DNA of 64,000 bases from Chrysomallon squamiferum (GCA_012295275.1 CM022669.1:13888001-13952000), one strand, 5' to 3'. Positions 40,401 through 54,297 are shown, counted from the stretch's first letter. The notes: generated by a model from the sequence alone, not told the origin. Program-made: numbers and translations.

Positions 40401-43400
40401 AAAAATAAAATGCAGGATAACTGTAAGAGAAGCTAGTACTAACTACTGGGGAAAAGTACTTACACAGGTACTTCCCTCTGTTTGAATGTTATACAGAAGA
40501 CGTTTCTTTTGTACAGTCCTGTTAATTTAGATTTAAAAAATAAATTCAGTAATAAAAAAATGTTTTATTTATAATGTGTATCAGTTCTGAACAGTGGCTA
40601 AAGGATTAAATATTATGATGATCTTTTTACAATACTGCTAGTAACAATATTTTTTTTCATATTCAAAAATGTTATTGTGTTATTTTTATGTGCACCTCAA
40701 CTTTATTAATGCCTTACCTGTAATAAAAAGATTGCAGTTTATTAAATAAACACCTGTAATTTGTGTTACATGTAAATTCTTTTTTATAATTTATTAAATT
40801 CTTTACTACAGGTTTCTAAGTTCTTTCATGTAATTTATTTAATTCTTTACTGTAATTTGTTAAATTCTTTTATGTTATTTATTTAAATCTTTTATATTAT
40901 TTATTAAATTCTTTTTATGTAATTTATTAAATTCTTTTATGTTATTTATTTAAATCTTTTATATTATTTATTAAATTATTTTTATGTAATTTATTAAATT
41001 CTTTTATGTAATTTATTAAATTCTTCACTGAAGGTTATTAAATTTTTTAATGCAGGTTGTTAAATTCTTTTATGTTATTTATTTAATTCTTTTGTGTTAT
41101 TTATTAAATTCTTTATGTAATTTGTTAAATTCTTTTATGTAATTTATTAAATTCTTTTATGTAATTTATTAAATTCTTTTATGTAATTTATTAAATTCTT
41201 CACTGAAGGTTATTAAATTCTTTAATGCAGGTTGTTAAATTCTTTTATGTTATTTATTTAATTCTTTTGTGTTATTTATTAAATTCTTTTATGTTATTTA
41301 TTTAATTCTTTTGTGTTATTTATTAAATTCTTTATGTAATTTGTTAAATTCTTTTATGTAATTTATTAAATTCTTTTATGTAATTTATTAAATTGCTTAC
41401 TGTAATTTATTTAATTCTCTACCTGTCAGTGAACAGATTTACCTGTAATTAAATAGTTTTACCTGCAATTTCTGTTCTGCTTCCACTTTATCAGCAGAAA
41501 GTCTGAGGACAATGGACTGCTCAGCCAAAAGATCTTGTTTGACCTTTGACATCGCTTCTCGTAATGAATCTCGTTCTTCTTCCACAAATTTCATGGTTGA
41601 CAAAGTTTCCTGATAAAATAAATAATATAAAATAATAATAAAAACTGTTGTCAATTATTTCTGAATAAAATAAAAGCAACGATTACCTACTGTAATGTAA
41701 AATTTAATTTGCTAAAGAAACAGTGATAAGTATTATACAGAGATGTGAGTATCAAAAATGTAAATCATACTAAATGTTTACTATTTAAAGATTTCAAAGT
41801 ATGTTTACTAATTAAAAGACAGGATAAAATTTAACTGAAATCTGGAGTGACAAAAGCAAGAAGATGTAAGCAGATCTATGTCCTAAATATTACTGTAGTG
41901 TTTTATATAATTATATTTTATATGCAACTACAATTACTGATTAGAAAAAGTGTTAAAAAACAAATTTACCTATTACAAAAGTAATTCAAAATAAAATCAG
42001 GAAATTCTAAAACTGCTTAAATGTATGCTAACAAAAAAAAATGAAACAGAGTCAAAATAAGATTACTGAATCCAAAATAGCTGAACAAAATTATAATTAC
42101 CATACAGTAAAGGTTTCAAAGTGTTACATACCAGAATCTCTGAATCTGCTTGTTCTTCCTCAGTAACATGTTGGTTTTTATCCCCAGTCAAACCAGACCA
42201 GTCATTTCCATCTGTCTGATTTGCTATCATTTTCAGCTTATGTTCATTTTCAGTCAGTTTCACTTTAAATATTTTTAACTGAAAAAACCCACAAAAAACC
42301 CACAACAGGTATATTTAATTATATAAACAAGAACTGACAGTATATAATAAAATTAACATTAATTTTGTAAATATTTCATTTCATTTTATATATATATATT
42401 TACACACACACACACACACACACACATTTTTTTTTATCATGCTTTTATTTAATTTATGAATCTATTACCAACATTATAAATACACACACACAATATTATT
42501 TATTAATAATTTTTCAACATGCTCCTTCTGAATAATACATCTAACATTACTGTTAACCTCAAATATTAATTAACTATTAATTATTAAAAAGCACAGTTCT
42601 GGATTTCAGAAATCAGTAATTTATAGTCTTCTGATAAATACTAATTGTCATGATCAGTTATTATACAAAATTAAATTTTGTTAATTTTCTGTAACAAGAC
42701 TTGAAAGGAGTTACCTCTGACCGGTTGAATTGAACTTCTTCTCTGAAGATTGCAGCAGATTCTTGAGAACGTTCACCTGCTGTAAGAGGTGTTCAATCTC
42801 TTTAGCAGTGACATTTGCATACAGCTCCGACCTCTGGCTTATCTGCTTCTGCAGACTTTCAACCTAATAATACAAGCAAGAATGTTATAATATTGTATAC
42901 TATATATCTGTGGTAACACAAATATTTGCCTGAACACATTTTGAGTACTTCCATGATAAAATTATTTAAAACAGATTCACCAAAAGCAGTGGATATCTGA
43001 TTTGATATTAATCTACTTCCTGTTACACATACATATATATATCCAATTACAAAAATCCAAACAGATTCACAAGCACACATACACATACACACATACACAC
43101 ATGCAGAAAGAAAATAGAGAAACAGAAATAGAATAGAGATGCAGACAGAGAAAGAGAGAAACCTAATAAGACTTGTATTTGCTTTGATATATCATTTAGT
43201 TTGTTATTTGTTTAAAGTAATTATTAATAGTAAATTATATGATCTCTGTGTCCAGATCAGTAATTTCTTCTCAGTAGTTTATTTATCTATATCTATATCT
43301 ATATATGTTGTTCAGTTATCTTGTCAAGGTGTTAGGGTGTTTATACTGAGAAAGAAACTGTAGATAAAAATTTTCTCACCTCTCTTTCCAACTCACTGAT

Positions 43401-46400
43401 TTGCTCCTGACTATAAAACAGTTCCTCTTTGTTGTGTTGAAGTTCACACTCAATCTGATGATACTGCGAGGTCATCTTTACCAGCTGTTTGTCTTTTTCA
43501 TCTAGCTCCATTTCCAAGGTGCTGAACTGTAGAAATGTATTTTTATTTACTTATAACATTTATAGGTTTGTGCATATCTGAGAAGCCATCAACATATCAT
43601 TTTATGATTTATAAAAAACTGAAAATATTTCCTATTAAATGAACATAATATTCTTCAAATGCAAACTGCCACTAAGCAAAAGTGTAACAAAAGAAAAAAA
43701 TTAATTTACCTTTGATTCTGACGTGTGAGAGAGTTTAACTTCTTTTTGTTTGTTTTTACTGAGACTAAGCTGGTGAGCTGTTTCTTCCAGTTGCTGAGTC
43801 AGTGTGGATTTCTCCTCCATCAAATCTTGACATTTTTCAGTCATTAATTTCAGTTCATTCTGCAAAGATGTCACCTGAAAACAGTAACAGATGATAGTTG
43901 AAAATGACAAGTTTTGTTTCTTTTTCCAAATTTTTCTTTCTGAATATCATCAATTTTAATTACTCTATCAATGTATTAAGCATTATTAAAGTCTTTTTAA
44001 TAAAATAAACAATCTATCAGTAACAAAGACACAGATGCAAGGTGCCAATTATTAAAGAAAGAAGAAATATTGTATTCAACAATGCACTCAACACATTTTT
44101 AACCTGCAATTAAGTCATAAATAATGAAAGTTAATGTCTAATATATAGCCCATTCATTCAAATTTTTATTTTAAAAACAAATACAATATTATACATTTAC
44201 ACTTCATAAAAACTAATATAAATTATTATTAACACCTTAAAAAAACTGAAATACGTGAATTTTTTATATTATCTTTTACGATTGAATTGTTAGTCATCAA
44301 AACAGTTATCAATTAAAATACCTCGGCTGCAAGTTTGTCAATCTTTTCTTGTTTATAGTTATCTGCTTTGCTCTCTTCTAACTTTCTGTTAGCTGTGGTC
44401 AGATCTGCTTTCACCTCTTCCAGCTGTTTCTCTTTGGCTGCTAGCTGACTTTTTACAGAGTCTGTCTCAATCAGAAGCAGTTTGGTCTGTCTCTCCAACA
44501 AGCCAGTCTTGTTTTCAAGATTCTTCACCAAACTCGTCAACTTTGCAATCTGTTCTGGAGCTGAAATATGGATTCACATTTTACATTAGTAATATTCAAA
44601 CTGAAATGATACTATTTCTTTTCTTGTTATTTGGTGTCAGACATTATACGATTTGTTTTGCAGTAGTATTATGTATTATGTAAAGAACATATGAAAGAGA
44701 TAGAAACTGTTACAACTGCTTTGAACAAGAACAGAACCTAACGATATTATGCAGTAAGCTGTTTTCAGTGTTTAGTTCAAAGAATCATTCATATGTATCT
44801 GTCAGTAATCAGAAAAGAACTACAATGGCCTATGAATCTTTTTATTATTAGCTAGAATAGGACATAACCCAGTGAGAAATATGCTTTGACCTGGAATGGA
44901 AAATAACATAATAAAGCCAAAACTTAACTTTGACCTATATGACCCAGTGAGAAATACTGAAACTTTAACCTAGTAATAAAGATCAATCTAGATTAGGACA
45001 AAAACCAGTAGGAAAAAGTGGCCTGTAACTTCTCAAGCAAATGGCATAAACACAGCACTATATTCCACTACCCACACTGACTGAAAACAAATAAATGAGA
45101 ATCCTTACACTCTCTATTGGAGAAAAACCTGGCTCCTGGTGAACTTGGAGATGAAGACAGACCCTGGCGAAGGATGTCATTTTCAGTACGAATTGCATCC
45201 ATCATGTCTTCCAGAGTCTTGAGTCGAGCACAAGCCTCATGTTTTTCTTTAACCAGAGCTGACAGTTGACTGTGTGAAAATAAAAATTAACATTTATTTT
45301 AAAAATGAATAATAATAAATATAATTATTAATTAATAAAGCTTGTCATTCTTTCACAATTTTTTTCCAGTTATTTTACTTTATATACATTATGTCCATTA
45401 TCTTACATACCCAGATATATTTGTATCTTTTAGTTTTAATATGTATGTACAATGCAATGACAGCTATGCCTAGGAAAAATGTTGAAAAGCACATAAAACA
45501 GCACATAAAAAAACAAATTAAAAATAAATGTAACATATAAAAATATACATAATAACATATAAAAGCACATCTAATAGCAAATATTGAAAATACATAATAA
45601 GTTAATAACACACATAAAATATATATAATCAAACAGCCTATTTCAGTTTCTCCATGCTTATATATATATAAACATGGAGGAACTGAAATAGGCTGTTTGA
45701 TTATGGTTCAGTTTAAATTTGGCTGCTCACCTATGGTACTGATTTTCAAAAGTCATTTTCTCAGACTGAATGTCATCAATCTTTTCCTGCATCTCACTGA
45801 TCTTTGACTCATACTTCCCTTTGAAATCCAGCAGTTCCTATATAAAATAAGTAAACTTATTTATTAATTAGGAAACTCTCTGTAGAATCATCCAATAATC
45901 TGGCCAAAACATTTGCCTTTTGTGACTGTCTATTTATAATTAAAAGTGCTTATTTTTTTTTCCAGTATAATAAATTTAAAAAACAACAACAAGGATAATA
46001 AATTTAAAACTTTTAAATAAATTCATATCATAATTTACCCAGTTTAAAAAAATTAAATAATACAAAATAAGATCAAACAAACAGGCAAACATACAACACA
46101 CACACTACCACACATCATAAAATATGCAAACACATAAAAGTGGATCATACATCCATTAATACTAACAAATAAATAAATAAATGGATAAATAAAGTAAAAA
46201 CAAGAGGCAGAAAGAAAGGAAAATATGGAAATATGTTAGTAAAGTAAATATAAGGTCAAATCCAATAAAAGTAAAAAATAAAAAAATGAGAAATGCAATT
46301 TAAGTTAAATAAAGGCAGAAAAAAAAATGTTTGAAAGCTTCAAAGAATACAAAAAATATTATCATTTTACTTGTGCAAGAATATGATAATGTTGATTTCA

Positions 46401-49400
46401 TAAGACACAATAGCATCATATTCCTTTATCCAGCATTTAAAAACAACACTGATGGAACTCTAAGGAATCACAAAAGGCCTAATGACAAATGATACTGTCA
46501 AAGCAATATGAAAGAATTCAAAGCAGTAACTCTCAACCTGGGCAGTAGTGCCCCTCTGAAATATTGCATGAATACAGGACAACAGCAAAAGCTATATATT
46601 TACAATACATAAATGCTTATAACATCATTACATAATTCACTCTGCTTTTTTCAGCAATGTGAAAAAAAGGACAAAGATTCTGCTACAAGTATAGTTGGGG
46701 GGGTAAACCAACAAGGATATGTATGAGAAGATAGTTTACTAAGTGTGGATATATTTGTTTATATATAAATACTAGGAAAACTACTACTATAATGGAGCAA
46801 GGAGATTAATGTAGGTGCTGTTATGTCTGATGCAGACGATGACCACTATGAAAAGACAAGTGCAATGTGAAGTTCTAGAAAAGCATCATGGACAAGGAGG
46901 ACTAGGAAGCATCACTGATGAGCAGCACTAGAAAGCAAACTACAACACCTTTAGCTCCTGAAGAATAGCATTATCTGGAAGACCAAGATCCTGCAGGTGC
47001 ATTTCCAACTCACAGAGTTTTCGAAGAACTTTTTCCTTTTCATTCCACAAGTGACAGATAATTTCTTTCTCATCTCCGTAAGACAAACCTGCTTTGTCTT
47101 TTATCTGACTCATAATGTATTTTAAATCTGAAACCTATCAACATTTCATACCTGTAAAACTCTACTTGAAATAATAACTAGAAACATCACAAATATATAA
47201 TAAAAAGAAAATAAGTAATAAATACACAAACAAAACCATAAACAACAATAATTTAAAGAGATATGAAATTCATAATTTAAAATATAGATAATCATAATTG
47301 GAATTATAAAACAAAAATTAAAACGAAATATTGAAATCTTATTATCTGATACAAAAATAAAAAATAAAAACTGAAAACAGATAATTATCAATTTTTATAT
47401 GTCTAAAGCTGTGGAAATCTTTAAGCTAGAGGTATTTAGTATTTAAAAAAATCAAATGAAATCAAGTTAAAGCACAAAACTGCTACCTTTTCATTCTTTT
47501 GCGTATTTCGATTTCCCTGATGTATATCGGTGTTGCTGTCAACAGTAATGAGATTTTCATCAAGAGGCACAGACAGTCGAAGCTTCTCGTTGTCCTCTTT
47601 CAAGTCTCGAATTCTCATATCAAGATTGTGATTTTTGTCTTTCTCACGCTGCAGCTGTCTGATCAGCTCTTTCTCAGCAGCCTGTGAACAAGTGTAAATT
47701 TAAATAAAATCCAATTATATCACAACCTTTCTAGTTTTATCTGTTTTAACATTTTACAACAGTCCTACTGTTTTTAAAAAAGTATAATTTTTTTTTTTTT
47801 TTTTATATATTATATTTCTTTAAATATTTAATTTTAAATATAAGTTGCCAAGAACACCACTAACAATATGGAAATTACAAACTGGTCAATCACAATTTTA
47901 ACTTTTATGTTTGTTTACATGATAGGTATTTTGTTAATAAATGTTTGCCTGCAGTTTGGCATTTTCAGACAGAAGTTTCTCCTCCACTTTTGACAAATTG
48001 TTTGCTCTGTCTGCATGTTCCTGATGAAGTCTTTCCTCTGTTATTTGTAACCTCCTTTCCAATGACATCACCTGAATGAAGCAAACGTTAAAAAAACATG
48101 TTAAACAAGAAACAATATCTAATTTTCTATTTCAGGTTGATCTCTTTTTTGAACATGGACTTTGATGATAAGGTTATAGACTATTCTCTTCTTTTTTTTT
48201 GGCAGTTAATAAAATACACATATGTTAGTATTTCAAATTATTTCACTTGCATAAGAACCAGAACTGAAGAGGGGGTATAGTACAATAAAGTATTTTCAAA
48301 AAAACCCCTGACTGAATGAATGACTAACTATCTCGTTTAAATAATTAAACCAGATCCTGTACAATATAGTGATAAATACAAAAACATATGTTAAAGATAT
48401 AAAGAAAATTACATTTGATATGTTTTAGAAATAATGAAAGGAGGTTTGCTGGATCAGCTAAGATCTATGACAAAAACATGAATCTAAATCTGACATATTT
48501 TAGAAACAATAAAAAGAGGTTTTATGGATCATCTAAGTAAAATATTTAAATCTAAATTTTAACTAGAAAACAGCAAATCATGCTGATACCTGTTTCTGAG
48601 CTGCAGTGTTAGAGCCACCAGCATCAGACTGTTGTTGAAGAAGTAAAATCATTTCATTCAACTTCATTACTTGCTGTCGTGCCTCTTTTGTTTTAGCAGC
48701 TTCGTCCTGCAAATGCTGTTCATCTTGATTGAGAAGTTCTTTTAAATGTTCCACTTCTTCCTGTATCAAAAACAAAGTCAGATGGATGTCAAACATAGTA
48801 ATGTATCCAACAGAGACTACAACAAGGTTTTATAACTATCGCAATACTTTCTTTTAACTTCTTCATGTATTTATTTTATCTATGTATCTAACAATCTATC
48901 TATTTGTTTATTTGTTTATTTATTTACATATTTATAATTTATTTATTTAATTTGCAAATGATGCAAACATTAATATCCTGAAGGTAATTACTGAATAATT
49001 AAATCTCTGTAACATTTTTTGCCAGTTATTTTTTTCTTAATTTAAAAACTTCGAGTTCTAGCAAACAGTGCATAGGTAGATATTACTTGTAAAAATAAAA
49101 GAAGTCAAAATTTTAACCTTTTTACATTAAAAAAGTTCAGTTCTGCTAAACATATATGTATAAATCTAAAAACTCTATCTATCTGTTTATTTTTTTTTTC
49201 ACAGCTGTTAGTTCAATCTAGTTGCATGAATTTCTTTTTACATTTCTAAATTGCTTTCTTTCAGAAAATAGAATGAAAATAGAATCAAACTGAAAATCAC
49301 TCAGTATTAACTGAACTCATTTTTTCTAAATTTTCCTCATAGAAAAAACAAATTAATAAATAAAAATTAAAATAAAAAACAGAAATGGAATAAATCAAAT

Positions 49401-52400
49401 TGTCTTTTAATTTATAATCCTATGTCAAAAATTAAATTTAACTATTTTACAGACATTCACTTTTCATCAAGAACACAAAAGAACACAACTTTTAACAATT
49501 CTAAATAGTACCTTAAGACCTGAGATCTCAATTTTATGACCTTCACATGATTTTGATGATTCAGTTTTTGCTAACTCCAGTTCTTTCCTCACTGATTCTA
49601 GCTGTTTCTCCAAGTGTACTACCTATAAAAATGCAGAATATAATGAATATTACCACTTTCTATAATTTTTATACCATTTTTAAAAAATCACAAATCTTGC
49701 ACCAATCTTCCAGTTTTTCTTATGCCAGATGCATGTACATAATAAAACTCATTTTAACACTTTTTCTTTTGTTACAGAATGTGCAGATAAAATTTTCAAC
49801 ACTTAAAATACTGTCATTTATTTATGCTCGCAGTATCTACAACCTGAATGTCATTTATTTATGCTCGCAGTATCTACAACCTGAATGTCATTTATTTATG
49901 CTCGCAGTATCTACAACCTGAATGTCATTTATTTATGCTCGCAGTATCTACGACCTGAATATTTTCGCTCTTAGTTTCTTAAAGCATGGTTTACAGCTTA
50001 CCTCCAATTTGAGGGATTCGTTTGATTTTGTTAGTGTGGCTATCCGAGCATGCAGCTGTTTGGTATTCCAGTCACTCTCAGCCTGACTCTTCGTTTTAAC
50101 ATCTTGCAGTTCCTTGCTGAGATTTTCCTGCACTGACACAAGCTCATCCTGAAGATCTGCTAATCTCGATTCTAGTTCTGTTATCTTCACTGTTAAAATT
50201 AAAACCAATACTCACATTGAATAATCTTTAACTCTGATTATTTACAACAGTTATGTCTGAGTTTCTATGATTTTTTGTGTGTTTCTGTTTGGAAGCAAAT
50301 GTTGATATAAGTGTAGCTCAGTAGTGCAAGTCTGTATGTATATATGTGTGTGTGAATGGATACACATGTGTATATTTGTCATTACAGTTTTATTTGGTGT
50401 GTATTTATGGGTTTTTTTTTTTTTTAAATAATAATTGTTTATAAAAATTGAATAACCTCTAGAACTAACAAATATAAGAATAATTTTTACTACCAAATAT
50501 TGAAAGCAAACATCAAATGTGTCACAATAATGATAATCTACCTCAAAGTATATTTATTTCCTAAATATACATGTAAGTATTCACATTTTCCATTATAGTA
50601 AAAAATGCAATCTTAACCTACCAGTAGATCTGTTGTATTTTTCTTTTAACAGTTTGTTCTCTGTCTGAAGTGTGGAGTTCTCAACCTGAAGTTTACGCAG
50701 CTGACTTTCCAAAGCTTCCTAAATAAACATTCCATGAATATGTGAAATTAAATAACTAAAACAGTCAATTTTATTATAGCCAACAGCAAAGAATAAAGTA
50801 TAAAATATTTTATCAAGGCTACAAACCATGAGAACAAAAAAAAATGTTTATAATAAAAGCAGTTAATATCCAAATATATTTATTTATATTTATAAAAGCA
50901 AATAAATACAGAAAATGATGTTTCAGTACATGCATACAGACAATACAGACTTATAACCACAAGTAAAACTATTCATTTGGTATTATAATTAAAAGAAAAC
51001 CAGTAAAGGATAGACACATTAAAAAAAAAAAAAAGATACCAAAAAAACAACAAAAAACCACACTGTATTCTTTGTAGCATTTAATTAACTGCCACCAAGA
51101 AAATTACTAACTTCTATAGTTACCAAAATAGAAAAAATAAGAAACTATTTCACAAGCAAATAAGTATATTATGTAAATTCATTCAAACATTTACCATTAC
51201 AAATACAAATGATGCCTTCAAATGCATCTAGTTACATGTGTACACACTGCCAGATATATCAGTTTCTTGAAAAGGTGCACTAATTATATTTGTATCATAA
51301 TACAGGTAATTTGGAACTTGTCATTTTAATTATTTATCACAATGTTTTTGTTTACACATACAGTGACACATAAAACAAATGCATTTCAGCTGAACATGTA
51401 TATCACAGCAAAGGTTTTTTTCTAAACAATTATAGAAAGAAAATGTATTAAATGAACAGCAAATTAGCCACTGGAATTTTTGTTTCATTTTAACATTATT
51501 TTTAAATGTTAACATTAGGGCTGTTTTGTTATAGTCTTTTGTTGTTGGTTTTTTTCCCACCTGTAACAAACAGTACAATCATTTAATTTCTTGTCACAAG
51601 TTCTTTTTAGAAACATTTATATACAACAATTAAAATAAACTTATTTAATAAAATGTTTTTAAAAATAAATATATATATATTTTACAATTTCCTATTCACA
51701 GACTTTTTTACCTATTTTTTTTTATTAATAAGAATGATGTTCTTCTCCTAAATATCTTGTTAATAAAAGCCACAAGCAATTCTAAGTAATAATATGCTAC
51801 ATTTTTTACAATAAAATCAAACAATTATTTTTCTGCTTGTTAATAAATCTACACACTAGTATTTTCTAAAAACTAGATGTGATAAATATTTGAACCTCAC
51901 CATCTATTCAGGCTTCACTGTCATTAGGTCCTGAAATTTGTTTTCTTCAATTATTTTTCTTATTTATATATATATTTCTTTCTTTTTTTCAGCAGAAACT
52001 AAGTATATTTGTAATAATAATAAACTATAAAAATGATTTATTGATATTAAAACAAAATATTCAATTATTTTGCTTTTCCAAAACAAGCAGTCAAGAAATA
52101 TATTATAAAAAAATGAAAAGTTATTAAAACTACTTTATAATAAAATAAAATAAATAAATTTTAAAAATAAATGATGAATGTAATTTGTTATGTGACATGT
52201 TTATTATTCACTGTACTATTACCGTTGGGTATTTTTGGGGAGGTATTCTTCTTTTTCTTTTTCTTTTTTTCTTTTTTTTTAAGCTTTGTAAATTCAAATT
52301 ACCTGAATGAACATTAATAATGAGAGGAAATATATATATATATATAACCTTTTTAAATTAATAATTTTGAAACTCACAGAAGAATAATGCTGATTTTGGC

Positions 52401-52708
52401 TGTGACGTGGAGCACTGTTGTAATTAATGTTACCTGCAATTAAATCAAAATTCAACATCTTTTTAATATGAAAATACACAGTTATTAAACAAAAAATTTA
52501 AATGTCTGTTTAATTAGATATGCAAAACAAATAAATAAATAAAAACATTTCATTTCATTTTACTTTACTTTCTTATTTGTATTTATGTAGCAGTTTTATT
52601 CTTTTTTTAGTTTTTAAATATTAATGAAGTGATAGTTTTGAATGAGAATTAGTGCTCACCGGATGATGCAGTCAAACCAGAGCTGCTCATTCTGTTGCTC
52701 ATTGCCAT
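29137..52708 (-). CDS. Large uncharacterised coiled-coil protein (~1,780 aa, ~36 exons)
   Basis: Exons in transcript order: 52660-52708, 52378-52433, 50622-50718, 50002-50189, 49512-49622, 48590-48760, 47949-48071, 47487-47681, 46949-47134, 45731-45837, 45109-45269, 44322-44560, 43710-43874, 43380-43526, 42715-42863, 42132-42278, 41463-41609, 40200-40373, 39777-39856, 39297-39408, 38789-38944, 38095-38325, 37458-37598, 37054-37204, 36413-36578, 35948-36043, 35365-35488, 34696-34860, 34207-34410, 33327-33506, 32616-32710, 32194-32265, 31200-31358, 30512-30592, 29903-30173, 29137-29416 (TAG). Phases are mostly consistent, with E/K/Q/L heptad-rich translation and a Ser/Pro-rich tail. Frame breaks occur in four exons, and the start is uncertain. 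Confidence 0.85.
29538..29800. repeat. Degenerate ~43-bp intronic minisatellite (GATACTTATTAGGTGAAA..CTTAATGGAAAATGT)
   Basis: About six TATTAGGT(G) cores visible. Confidence 0.8.
31524..32205 (-). repeat. Scrambled ~67-bp tandem array containing an exon end plus 5' splice site
   Basis: About 11 copies of the core ACTTTCAGATTCTCT; clean 67-bp period at 31524, 31591, 31658. On the - strand it reads GAGAATCTGAAA|GTAAG. Confidence 0.88.
34436..34540. repeat. (AAT)n microsatellite
   Basis: Directly visible. Confidence 0.95.
37783..38064. mobile_element. pogo/Tigger-type MITE resembling Tigger4/MER46 (Zombi)
   Basis: Inverted ends: TTGAGGATCCATTATCTGAAA and TTTTGGATAAGGGATCCTCAGCCTA, the latter followed by TA. 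The right end GAAACACTTC..TTTGGATAAGGGATCCTCAGCCT and internal TGCACAAAATAATTAAAAATATT resemble my recollection of the MER46/Tigger4 consensus. The family assignment is from memory, not a search. Confidence 0.7.
38574..38662. repeat. Near-perfect 2 x ~47-bp tandem duplication
   Basis: AAATACAGAGTAACATGTTCCTTCATAATTATTATCCTGATA at 38574 and 38621. Confidence 0.9.
40760..41460. repeat. AT-rich ~22-bp minisatellite (TGTAATTTATTAAATTCTTTTA)
   Basis: Dozens of degenerate units with higher-order repeats (CTGAAGGTTATTAAATT..TGCAGGTTG occurs twice). Confidence 0.9.
45625..45704. repeat. 80-nt near-perfect palindrome centred on (TA)n
   Basis: Left arm ATAATCAAACAGCCTATTTCAGTTTCTCCATGCTTATATA; right-arm reverse complement ATAATCAAACAGCCTATTTCAGTTCCTCCATGTTTATATA (38/40 identical). 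Confidence 0.93.
46524..46735. mobile_element. Possible hAT/Charlie-like MITE remnant
   Basis: The left end CAGTAACTCTCAACCTG resembles the Charlie-type CAGTGGTTCTCAA terminus. The right end is only a degenerate TGAGAA, and no TSD was found. Confidence 0.3.
49811..49960. repeat. ~37-bp perfect minisatellite, ~4 copies
   Basis: TGTCATTTATTTATGCTCGCAGTATCTACAACCTGAA repeated in tandem. Confidence 0.93.
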
Positions 52709-53599
52709 AGTTACCAAGAGACACCACAAGAGCTAAAATTAAACAGTTTTTATTAAACTGTGTTACTTTTATTTAAAAGATTACACTCTAAAGAATGCAG
52801 ACACATGTATACACACATTAAAAATGAAAACATTCACAGTTAAAAATAAATAATAATGATAATGTAACATATATAATTTTATAATCTATGTGTCAATATA
52901 TGTATGTAAAGTAGAACACACACACACACAGTATTTTTGCAAGAAAAAATACAGGAATAACAATGAAGTGAAAAGAAACAGCATGATTCACAGATGTAAT
53001 TAAATATTGAAAACTCTTCTCCTGCTGATGACTAATTATTGAGAAAGCATTTGTTCTATAACCACTACCATCTGTCATGTTCTGCTTTCTTAATTATTCA
53101 TAGCTAATCTTATAGATCAGGAACTTATACAGAATTATCAGAATGTGTAACAGACAGAACCAGTAAAAGAGTAATGAAAACCAGAAAACATCAGTGTTCT
53201 TTTAATTAGCTAGAATCTCTACATTCAGCTTTAAACATTAATAAGAAAAAATTGCAAACATGTATCATTATGTGCACAACATATTATGTACAATATATTA
53301 CATTTTTAAAGGTGCATATTATACTCATATATATATATATACTAATGATGAACAGATAAACACAGCACATATCTGTATGTACAGACACACACAGAAATAT
53401 ATTTGTGTCTGTGTGTGTGTTTTATATTATATATCAGTCTTATATATAAAAAATATAAACAAACATTTACAATAAACATATACAAGTTTAAATAAATAAA
53501 ACATTTATTTTTTTTAATTTCACAACAGAAGCATATTCTGACAGGTGATATTCAAACATTTATAATACACATTCAGTTTTATTTTTCATTCTTTGAACA

Positions 53600-53853
53600 A
53601 ACAGTTGTCCAAAATACTTCATCCATTACAATTACCAAAATGTAAATAATGTTGGGGCTAATGTTACTGCAATAGAGTTCCATATCCTACTTTGTAAATA
53701 ACTGAACCATGAAAACATGGAGTTCTCTAAATCACAATGACTTTATACAAATGGAAAATGTACCAGTATATTAACTGTCTCTGGAGTACATTACAAAGTA
53801 GTATATATACGATTTGGTAGTTAAGTTTCTTATTATTACTGTGTATGTGTGTG

Positions 53854-53906
<53 letters not shown>

Positions 53907-54207
53907 GAGTGTGTGAGAGAGAGAGAGAGAGAGTTAGATGAAAATTTTTTATTCTGTAACCACATTTGTCCTGTAAGAAAATCATATCAGATTCTTACAA
54001 ATGTTATGATTTAATAATAATACTCAAAGAAAAAATACACAAAATGTGTGTGTGTGAATGTGTGTGAGAGAGATGAAAAATGTTTATTCTGTAATTACAT
54101 TTCTCCTATAAGAAAATCATATAATTATATATTACTGTCAGATTCTTACAAATCTTATGATTTAATAATTATACTCAAAGAAAAAATACACAAACTGTGT
54201 GTGTGTT

Positions 54208-54297
<90 letters not shown>

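Noticed and set aside
46910-46940. CTGATGA..GAAA hammerhead-like core
   Set aside because: No stem II pairing between the motifs and no supporting stems I/III.
47127-47134. Apparent phase break at the TTTCAG acceptor
   Set aside because: An upstream TAG acceptor 7 nt away gives an in-frame VSDLKY.
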